64,000 bases of DNA, taken from contig CM119380.1 of NCBI GenBank assembly GCA_051294905.1, forward strand, positions 12,338,001 through 12,402,000, read 5' to 3'. This stretch comes from Botryllus schlosseri. Lineage: Eukaryota. This document shows positions 26,401 to 38,400 of this stretch, piece by piece (position 1 is the first letter of the stretch; each line of letters starts with the position of its first letter). The notes under the pieces are model-generated. The model did no database searches, was not told where the DNA came from, and worked only from the letters and a program-made list of their open reading frames with translations. A program made the position numbers and the translations under genes.

Positions 26401-29400
26401 CAGGTAACTCGGAGACCTTGAATTCTCGCGAAGCTATGAAGATCTTAACGCGAGGAAGAATATTGCGAGCCAAGATGCTGTACATGATCGTGCCGGGACT
26501 AGCTTCGTCAAACATTCCTATTTTTTGGACACTGGTATTATCGAAATTCCAGGTGGTTTGATCAAGACCGTCAAAAATAATTATTGCTGCAGATTGATTG
26601 GCGACTAGCCACTCAAAAACCTGATTTTCCTCAGATTCGCTTTCGTAAATACCGCTAAATAGAAATTTAGCCGGTTTGACCAATTTCTCCACTTGGAGAT
26701 CCTTCAGTTTGACATAATGAACCATTTTACGTTTTGGTCGCTCGTGAGTTTTGTCATTCAGAGCGTCGAGCGCTTGTCGGGCTAATCTTTGAGTGAGAAT
26801 CGTTTTCCCAGAACCAGCCGATGCGACGATAGCGGTGACACCGATTTGGCCATTTGTATGAAATTCTTCTCTCTGCCACAGCGATGTCATCAAATCTTTG
26901 ATACTGGTCACTTCATCGTTGTTCCGTCGCTGATGTTCAAACCAGGTTTCGTCTGACAATTGATCTTCTGTATATTTCAAGTCATAATGACCTCTGAAAT
27001 AGTCGCAGCTTCTAATTTCCAGCATCTGGGGGTAAACCGCAAAGTCTGGTTCATGAAGCTCTGCCTTTCTAAAGTCTTCAAGAATAGAAACCGACGTAAT
27101 GCTCCTGGTATTGTCATTAACAATATTGATCATATCTGCATATTTCATTTCTGCAACAAAGAAAAGAAATCTTGTAAATAGGTACACTTCGATGAGCATT
27201 GCACTTTCCCTATTTGCCGAGGAAATGCCAACTCAAAACATTGATCAACTGCGCGAGAATTAGTTTGAAAAACAGATCATTTGCGTGATACATGCCCATG
27301 GCGTTGACTTGAATGACGAATATAGTTCAGGTTCAGCTGAGTAACACATATATGCATTCGAATGAAGAATGAGTTGACCAGTACGTTTTTTGTGGTTAGG
27401 AGGAGTGCCTCTCACTCCGCATCAACAAATAAACTTTATTAATATACCAAGTTTGTATGGGATTGATAATTTAATTCAATTGTAAACCGGTATCCCAAAA
27501 GCACCAGGACCGCAGACGCGGGTAGAAATTGACAGAGAGAGAGAAGAGAAAGAATCAACAACCCCGTTTTTTCTCCTCTATGCTATCCGTTGATGCTGAG
27601 CTCCGAGCAGGATTAGAGTCTGGAGGGTACGGTATACAGTTGTATTTATGTAGAACATTGGTCTGAGGGAGTGAAATCACATGAAAGGGGGCGCGGAGCT
27701 CCGGTCAACAGCATATGTTTTGCGCTCTGCGCGATTTACCTCCAATTCATAGTTATCGCTGTGTATAGTTCGAATTTCATATTTGAGAATTCCTTCACCA
27801 ACAGTCATAACCTTCCATGCCATCAAACTACCCGCTGGGATTGCTAGCATCTTGGTTGCATTTTGCGATATGACGATAAGAGGCGCGCGAAATTTTTCAC
27901 TATCATAAAGGGGGCGTGTCTAAAAAGTAGATTATATAGATTCTTGGTATATGTATATGACATGACTTTGCGCCAAAATAAATAGATTGTTAAAATGTCG
28001 CCCAAACAGAACTGAACACATGAACAGATCATCGCTATAAATGGTCTAATACTATAGTTCACAATCAAAAGGTTTGAATCTGGCCCGCGACCCAAGTTGA
28101 GTTTGACACCTGGTTCCTGTGTACCTGTACACCTATGGAGTCAAATTTCGGAAGCATGAAATGTCTGATTATGATTGGGGAGGTGTAATTATTCAATTCG
28201 ATCAACACATAATCGCATAATGATATATTAAATTGAGAAACTTTCTTATAATAAACTAAGGATTTTCTACTTACACCAGTTCAACCTTATCAAATATACT
28301 CTTTTTGCTATGAAAAGCTCGATAAAAATGAGAAAAATCTCTGACATTAATGCAATAAATTCCATATATCGATGCTTTTAAGGTAATTAGTTAAATAAGT
28401 AATAGTGCAATTCTATCCTTCTTGTAATTGCATTGCAATTGTATCCTTTTGCATACGTCTTATCTCTGCAAGAGTGGGATTTTCAGTGATGGAATAGGTT
28501 GGATGTCAATGATCCCATGAGTGTTTGCTTTTTCAAAGGCCCCTGAATCTTTTTTGTTCGTGGAAGAGTGCGCGACAGCAACCTACTCATTTTGTAAAAT
28601 TTGTGTAAATAAAAACTTGATTAGAAGAATATAAATGTCGACTAATGCGCGAATAATAAGTTAATACAGCTGTAATATTAACAATTGTATCGCAGTCGTG
28701 TGATGTTTTGAAACGATGAAAATATTAATAAACCTGATTGCCTGATTGATAAGGTGGTATAATAACAATGATGAAATACCTCACACTTTTGGGAAAAGAG
28801 GTTGGCGACTTTTATTGAAAATATTTTGGGGGTTTGCGAATAAAGAACGTTACCAACTTTGGAGTTGACTAGAACTGAGAAGTAGTGAAATATCAATAAA
28901 CAGTGACTGTAGAATTTTGAAACTATATATGTTGCAGTACGTGGAATACCCTATCCACGATATAACGAAGCAGAATTGCATGTGTAATGCTATAAATTTG
29001 CAAACCACCTTTGCCTTGATGACTTGCTGTGCGGAAGACCTTTTCGGCAATCTGGTCGCATGTCACCGGATTATCTGTGATACGTGATGGATGATGGACC
29101 TGTTTTATCTCTTCCGTTTCAAGAGCTTGAGTTGATGCCTGTTCGGTTGGTTTATGAATGTTCTGTTGCAATTTCCGTGAAATCTTGTCCCATCGGTTCT
29201 GTCCTCCAGTCCCCGCGGAGCTACTGAAAACTCGATTGAACTGTTCGCCTTCATGCAATGTTGCCGATCCTAAAGTATAATAGTATTACGTATATAGTGG
29301 GCATCATTAGTTTAAATACTGAGAATATTAAGAACGTTATTGATGCGGTTACTTGACACTGTCTATGATACCAGAGTTTTGTTTGTTTGTTTGTTTATTG

Positions 29401-32400
29401 AACAATTTTTTGAGTTTTATCTCCTGTTCAGATTATTCGACACGGTAATGAATGTTGTAATGTTCATAACTTTCATGATTTTGGTACGCTTAACGAACGA
29501 CTTTCATCCATGCATCCATTCGATTCATCATCATCGATATTTTTCCATGCGTCGTCGTCACTGTTTTTGCCGCCGAATTTCGAAGCACGACTTCACTTGA
29601 TTCATCTGGGCTTTTAGTACGACACCACATTCGTAGGGAGGTCAGCGATGAGGAGCCCAGATAAACCCCGACACATAGAAACGTGGCAGACCCGAGACTC
29701 GAACCAACAACCATTGGTGTCGTGATAGTGTCGCGTAGCACACGGTGCCTCATTCGCTTGGCTAAGACACCAGGGTTCCAACGGTCGAATGAGTTTCTTT
29801 CATCTTACGTTTAAAATGGTGAAATCACATTGCAATAATCGCGATATTATATAATAGTTGATATCGAGACGCACCTGGGTGAAAATGAACACCAAGTTGC
29901 CAACAAGCATTGTGATCATCATCTGAAAAAAATAACTTAAGTAACAATAACTATACCAATCTGAAATCTTTCAAAACAGGCAAAATATCATTTATCGCAA
30001 CGAGTTCTCACCACATAACACTTCCAACTCGGTATCGTAATCGGCTGACATCGTTTGAGCCTTTTCTAATTCCTCTTCAAGTAACATTTCCATCTGGCGC
30101 CAATATATCAGCGTCAGCTTCTTTGAATTTTTGACAATAGAAATGACTTCTTCGAATGAAAGACGATATAACCAGTCAACCACACATCTGATGTATTCGA
30201 TCTATCAAGAATGATATATTTTAAATTACGCAAGTGGTAGTGAATATTGCTATTATTACATCCATTTCCTGACAAGCTTCCAAGATACTTTGTACCCCTT
30301 CCACATTTCTAACATGGAACATCCAATGAATATTAACGAGAACTCCTAAACCAGAAATTTCATCCCGATGTTCTAAAATATTCCTGTAATCTTTAGTAGA
30401 TATTTTTCCATCCACAACCATATCCAGCGATTCGACCTTGAACGAAAAGGAATTTGAATACCTCACATGCATTCTGTGAACTGCAAAATCAGACCTGATG
30501 TTTCTTGACATAATCGGCAATCCACGACCAGTCGATGTTTATTTCTCCACTGCAATTAAGTATTAACTTGTCCACCTAAATATGATATTCTTTCATTTGA
30601 CAAGATCACGGTTTCATGATGGTGATGGAACAATGATGACGACAATTTTTGCCATATATATTTTATGCAGTTCTGGCTTGTAGCAAAATTTAGCTCCATA
30701 ATTGTTAAATTTTAAACCCGTTAAATCAATTTTGTTTTAGGAACAACATCATAAGAAAGAAGTTTAAAATTAGCTTGCTTTACTTATTGGTTGAGTCAGC
30801 TTGTGCTGCTAAGCGTTTGTCGTGAATACACGTGCTAATAGAGCGAGATCTTGAACCTATGTTTTCATACAGTGAAAGAATTAACTATGTAACTATATGT
30901 TTGATGCGATGGCATATGGCAATTGCTGTGAACCTGGTGCCAAATTGTCCTTGGACGCCAAAGCTCAAACGTGTAGTTGCGATACAGTGTTTCCCTTTCA
31001 ATCAACCAAATTTAAAATGAATATGACAAAGAGCAGGAATTCACATCTCTCACACAATCTCAGAATGGGACGAAGAGTCGAATTTCTAACCACTCCTGTA
31101 GAGGAAACAACCATACTATTGTGTTTTCCATTGTTCGCATTCAAAGGCAATTGCTAATGTAAATAAATGCTGCCATCTTTATTAACATGATTTAGATTCT
31201 GACAATTCGAATTGGCTTGAGTTCAGTTCAGCAACACTACGAGTATGAGATGATATTTTTTTACATTTGATTGCCATGATTGCCATACTTACAAGGAATA
31301 GAAAGAGCAACAAAGAGCCAAATATCGAAGAAATAACTGCAACATCACGCACTAGGCCGAGGTGGATAGCAGTTTAAGAGACCGCAACTGCAACCGCAAC
31401 TATAGTCGTTCGGCATTGGCATCCTCCTATAGGATAGGCATTGGATCCTCCTATAGGATAGGCATCGTTCGGCATTGGCATCCTCCTATAGATATATCTG
31501 TTCAGTGTTCACATATCGCATTGTGTCTTATCTCATTGTACATTGTGTGTGTCTTGTTCAGATAAAAATATATTCTGACGATTATCTCATCTTATGATTG
31601 GTAAGGTATCGTATTTGGAAGGCAATAAATTAGGTGACCATTAACTATTCTGTATACCAGGCCGATTGTCGATTGTCTTAATATATGATTCCGTATCTGC
31701 CGACTTGTAGCACGGTCCACTTCCAAGCTATTTTAAATGACGCAACTTGCGGGGATCAGGTGGCGGGTATAGGATCCTAGACAAACCTCCAACACTTGGG
31801 TAGGGATTTTGGGGTCGACCTCCCTCGGATTCGAACCCGCAACCCACTGGTGTTGCAGTCGTGAATCATACTACTGCGCTATCTCGTCACTTGACCATTG
31901 ACTGTGATATATACACTAGGGCTCTTCAAAAATGACTTTTTTCCTCAAATCGCACTGGCTACTTGATAAAATTGTTCGGTCACCTAATTTAAGCCTACAC
32001 ACCAAATTTGGTTCAATTCCAACCAGTAGCCGCATTGCTACAGGAGAAGAAATTTTCTATTTATTATATAAAAATAAATAACAAAAAATTAGAAAATTTT
32101 CTGATCACCCCATGAAAGTGTTAGGTTGTCTATAGAAACGATGTTCACCAAATTTGGTTTATTTATAATCCAAATTATCCGACGGCAATAACTCCGCTTC
32201 CACTGGTTCGAATTGAACCTAATTTGGTGAGCATCGTTTCTATAGACAACCTACACTTTCATGGGGGTGAACAGAAATTTTCGAATTTTTTGTTTTATAT
32301 TTTTATATAATAAATAGAAACTTTCTTCTCCTGTAGCAATGCGGCCACTGGTTGGAATTGAACCAAATTTGGTGTGTAGGCTTAAATTAGGTAACCCAAC

Positions 32401-35400
32401 AATTTTATCAAGTAGCCAGTGCGATTTGAGGAAAAAAGTCATTTTTGAAGAGCCCTAATATACACCTACAACTGTTATCGAATACCAAGCAAATGCCGTC
32501 ATCTATATTGGTTATTAAAATCATTCCCAATCACCTTGTGTAGCAAGTTCATCTCAGATATCCGTCGTAGTTCATCATGCGGGATATTGATTTCAATGGT
32601 TTTTGGCTCAAAAAATGTTTCGAAAAACGACGCGATGGTAAATCGGTCATTGTTGGAAAACCATTCGAATACCAGTGTTGCTTTCTGTAAAAGTAGACAT
32701 GCGTGAGTAGTGATTACAACAAGGCAAGTTTTTGCAACATTTGTTTACAAATTCCGACAGCTTTCTAAATACTCAGAAGTTATGTAATATGGTCTTTTAA
32801 GCTTTTTGGAGGAATCTTATATTGCAACTTTCTGCAAGTGTTTTCGAATTTTTCATGCAACTAACTTTTTACTGGAAATATTTGGCACTATATGTAAATA
32901 GATCGCTTGATTATTTCGCTGTCGCTCAAATTTGATATCATTTCTGATTCGACGTACATTCAGGCTCGGCCGCTGAAAATTATTATATTTTCACTAGGTC
33001 AATTTTTTCGGGCTATTGAGTTTTGCTACGGTGTCTTGGATACGGAACGATTCGAGTATCTCATACCCTAATAATTTCAAGGAAATTGTCCATTAATTTA
33101 ACTTTGAGTGCAACTTTTGTGAAAATTAAATGCAACTTTCGACGGATTTGACTGCAACCAAAACTTGTCCCAGTGATGACGCAACACGTATACGGCTCTT
33201 CCGTTGTTCTATGTTTGTATTAGAAGTGGACCAAGTTGTAAATAGTCAAGAGTACGGTGTCCTGAAAGCATTACGGCATTTGTCCGTTGAGGGTGAGATC
33301 TGTTAGTTACGCAATGTTTATGGTCTGTGCTATAAAAAGATATGGAGATGACTTGAAGGTTTTTAATTTATAGCAATTTATTCACCTGTAAAAGAGGAAG
33401 GAACGAATAATATTTATTGGCGAGTGTGATATAGGTATTCTGACTCATCACAGTTCACCATAGAGCGATAACCTTATAGGGTTGCATTTAAAACAAACGC
33501 CGTTTTAAAACAATTTGTTTAAAAGATGTTTTAAACAGTGTTTAAACAAATGCCTTTTTGAGAAGATCAATTTTTTTTCAAACGTAGTCTAATTATACCA
33601 TAATTGTGTATAGACGTCCGAAAAAAACATGAGCCTACGGACGATATGCACCCAAAATAGTCGACGTATAGGATGTCGGGTGGCTGGAACATTCGAAATC
33701 GCCGTCGGTTCAACAGATTTTGCACGTAGATATATATCATTGGTACGGAATGGGTGTTCTGATGATGATGATCGACGACCGTAAAGATGCTGGATAACGA
33801 TGTAGTAGTCCTGGTCAAAGATATTTTTGATCTGTTTATGACAGTGATCTGTATGCTTTTCGTCGAATGAGCCATATTTACCCTATATTTTCAATTGCCA
33901 ATGCTAATCCACTGTGACGTCACAATTAAATGTACGTGACGTCACGGCTAAAAACAAGCAAACAAAACAATAAAAACATGATTTAAACAAAGGCATTGTT
34001 TTAAACATGTTTGTTTTAAATTGATTTTTGTTTTAAATGCAACTCTAGATAACCTGTTTCTATTTTCCCGATGCCTAAATATGTATTTGATGTCTCACGG
34101 CGATATCGAAATGTCCAAAAATCCCCTTTCCACTAATGTTGATTGCATCTCCTCTGTTCGTCAACTCCACGTCATGGTTGGATGTCATCGTGAGTTTGAG
34201 AACCTGAATATTTGTCATATCAAGTTGCTGAAGATTACAGAATTTCGCATAATAATTATTCTTTTCATTTGGTTCAAAATAGAACACAATAGCGATAAAA
34301 TGATAGGACAGGAAGGATTCAAAACGACTCGTTAAATTCAATCCATCAAATCGCAACCTCAACCCGCGATAGTTACAATAGGAGGGTAACTCGGTCAACA
34401 GCTTGCAACTTGCGGGGATCAGGTGGCGGGTATAGGATCCTAGACAAACCTCCAACACTTGGGTAGGGATTTTGGGGTCGACCTCCCTCGGACTCGAACC
34501 CGCAACCCACTGGTATTGCAGTCGTGGATCATACTACTGCGCTATGTCGTCACTTGACCATTGACTGAGATATATACATTTCTCGACGTCGACCTTATCG
34601 TCACCATACAAAATCGTACTGCCATGTCATTAGCCTACTACTTACAAAGCACGAAAATTTGCTCTGCTTATTATATTACAGAAGATATCAGAAAATGAAA
34701 TTTCACCAAGAAAATTCAAAGTCAATTCTAACCTGAATGCGATCTTTCAGATATTTTGCGATGACCTGTAAGCCGTGATCGTCGAAACGGCAATCGCATA
34801 AATTCAAATATTCGAGCTCTGTACTTCTTGCAATCAGTGATCCGATGATATGAGCTTCATCGCGACTTATTGAGATTCCAGACACATCAATCACGGAGAG
34901 ATACTTTGTAGTGTCGTCGTTGTCTGATTCGTAAATCACGGTATATATTGCCATGCGGGTGGAACTATCGTCCGTGGTCTCGAGGTGTGAAAGAAAAGAT
35001 TGGGAAAGAACTTCTTGTTTCTTGCTCTGATCGGACACTATAATGCGACAAACGAGTTCAATTGATGTAATTGCTAAAGTAGAATAGACTGTCTAGCCAA
35101 CATAGTGAAAACCATGCCTCAGTTTTGGAAGCCTATGTGGAAACCTCTATATCCATTGTGCCACCAAATGTGGCGAGTAGGAATATACTTGCCACGCAGC
35201 TTTGGGTCAAAATTATACAACGGGTTATTTAAAAGTTTCCCTTAGGTGCTATTAGTTAGCTGATTGAAGGTTGCTTTTAAATCTACCTACACGCCAAATT
35301 CAGCTCATAGTTCGGACTGGAATTAACAAAACATTGGCAAATTGAAAATAGCAACATCTACAGTGGCTACTTGCAAAATAACATCGTGACTTGTTACATA

Positions 35401-38400
35401 GCATTTGTTATCTTCGGAAGTACCTGCGATCAAGTTTCAATTCAGACATTGCAACATAGGCATAGAACTTATGACTTCTGTTTTCAGGAAATTAACCAAC
35501 TTCACTGGAAAAACATGTTACAGCAGTTGCGGGATAACTAACTATTAAAACGCTTTTGTAGTTCGCAAATTCGGCATGACAACCGTGCAGCGAAAAGAAA
35601 CTTACAATCAGGTAAAATGAAGAAGTAAGTAGGCTACATTCTTCACGTAACGATTAATGCCTGAATATATCTTTTATTGCATTAATTGAATGCATATATT
35701 GATTGAAATCATAACAAAGATTATGGCCCTCATTTCATAGTGCGTTATGATATTCCGTCACCATGTACAAGTTTTTTATTACTCTCTAACGAGCATTACT
35801 GCATGAGGTGACTTAGTGTAAGAAAATATGTGACCTTTATGAAGCCCGTAGGTCGATTTGGAGAAGACTATTCCTGCTACGAATCTTCGAACCACAGACC
35901 GGCGGCTATTGTGGAGATCCTCGTTAGAGAATCGACAGAATACGTCGAATTCCATTTCTGCTACATAACTCGCTGCAAGAAATTCCTGCATACTTTGATG
36001 ACAGAAGAAGAATTTGAAATCGCCTGCCATCAAATGGCGGCTGAGAAGTTTCTTGTTCGGAACTTTCGTCATTAAATCTCGAACTTCCACCCTGGAAAGT
36101 CCAAACCGCTCCAAGTCTGTCTTAACGAATACTACTCTTCCTTTCTCCGTGCCCTGAAATGCCATCGCTTTCAATTTGTTGATTATCCCCAAAATATTAT
36201 CGCGTTCTCGGATGTTTTCTACGCTTTCAAGATTTGATATGATCCGGCTGTACAGTTCTGTGACTGTAGTAGGAGGAGGTCTGCTTGGGTCTCGCCCCAT
36301 CACAATTGCCGTTAGAATCAGGAAGACTGGCACAGATACCAATTGGAGTAAACGCGGTGACATAATTTCAATTTTTGCCCAGAGTCGAGCACCATTATCT
36401 CCGAGTATAAAGATGAATAGACTTCGTGCGTCTTCTAGAGAGAGACCGTTTAGCTCGATGATACCCTTGGGTCGGGCCAATGCCGGCAACTCGGAGACCT
36501 TGAATTCACGCGAAGCAATTACAATTTTAACATGACGCAGAATATTGCGAGCTAGTATGTTGTACATGATCGTTGAGGTGTTAGTTTTGTCATACTTTTT
36601 CATTTTGCGGAGAGTGTTTTGATCAAACTCCCATCTGGCTTGATCAAGACCATCAAAAATTAAAATTGCTTCTGTTTGATTTTTAACCAACCATTCGAAA
36701 GCCTGGTCTTGCTCAGCTTCACTGTTGTAGAGACCGCCAAATAGAAATGTGGATGGTTTGATAGACTTCTCTTCCTGGATATCCTTCAATTCAACATAAT
36801 GGACCATTCTATGTTTGCGAAACAGCTTGTTTTCATTTCCAGAAGAAACATCAAGTGCTTGTCGAGCAATTCTTTTAGTGAGAGTGGTTTTTCCTGAACC
36901 CGCTGATGCGACAATAGCGATAAAGCCAACTTCGTCATCTGCAACTAATGTCGTTTCCGGCCATATAGTCGCCATGAAGTTTTTGACTTCTATCACTTTA
37001 TCTTTGTTTTCTTGTTGTTGCCGAAACCCAACTTTCTCAGTTATTAATTGGTTTTGGGCATCTTCATCTTGAGATCCGCCAACGCTAGAGCTATCTTCTG
37101 TTAATTCCAATCCATGACATCCTTTGTAATAGTTGTTGACGTCAACCTTCAGCATCTGAGGATGAACTACAAAATCAGGCTCATGAAGCTTTTCATCCTC
37201 GAAATCTTCAAGTATGCGGTCTGAGGTCATCTTCATGGTATTTTTATTGACAGTCTTTATCAGATCTTCATCATTGATTTCTGTTACAGAGATATTAGAA
37301 TGCTATAATTAATGAATGCGAACATATTTATCACCTGTTTTATGGCATCTGATGACAGAACGGATTCTATATTGTTTTATTCCAATCTTATTAAGACTGA
37401 GTCAGGATAGCCAGGTGTTATTGATTCTCATTTGGTTTCAACAATGTGGCAAATATGGCGCAACAATTATAGTTTACAATGTAGCAGATTAACGAAGTCA
37501 CGAATATTATAATTGCTATGTGCTTCATAAATAGAATCAACAGTTAACAAACAATTCATCGTCAATTCTACAACCCCGCAACATTCTGAAGCATGACCGC
37601 TAATTCATTGTTTTATTCACAGCCGCACGTTGATTATACTTCTATGGCATATTAGGTGAGTAAGATTACGATGACCATTGTCCAAAAATGAATACACTGT
37701 TGTCCGTAATCATCATTATTGACTAATTGTAGTGATGGAAGCACCACTAAATGATAACGGCCGTGGTAGCGGTGTGGTGCGACTGTAAATATCAAGTCTT
37801 GAATGATATATCGTATGGAGTTATTTTACCTGGGTAAATACATTTTGGAAGAGTTTACAGTCTGCACTACACTCATTAAATGAGTTTGGTAATTCAACCG
37901 TGCTCCATGCAATAGCAGCAAGCTATATTTGAATATGATTAGCAAAATAACTCAACAATGACCTGACATCACAGAACCGTTATGACCTCACCATGACCAT
38001 CGTCTAGGCCAGGGGTGTCAAACATATGGCCCGCAGGCCGCATCCGGCCCGCCCGGAAACTTCATCCGACCCTCGAAGCTATTCTGAGTAGATTGAAACA
38101 TGCGTGTATTATCCAGCACATTTCTAACAAATGTTGAGATTTTTATTAAGAAATACTTCCATTGAATAGCCCTTCAAGATAGCACATGTCGAGTACGTTC
38201 ATAGGCCCCATTGTAACCACCCGACTGCGGTGTTGTGGTTTCTAGTCACCATTAGGAGCAGTCGCTGGCATTGACACCCAATTCCGAGAAGGCAAGAATT
38301 CGTTTCACTGACCAAAAACTAGTTATTCACAGAAGCGAAAGCGCCAAGAACCGTGATATGCAAGTTACATGGAAAATATAATAGAGGTCTAAAGCCTCGA

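Noticed and set aside
29700-34560. tRNA genes at the A/B-box sites
   Set aside because: No cloverleaf or anticodon arm; they continue into SINE bodies.
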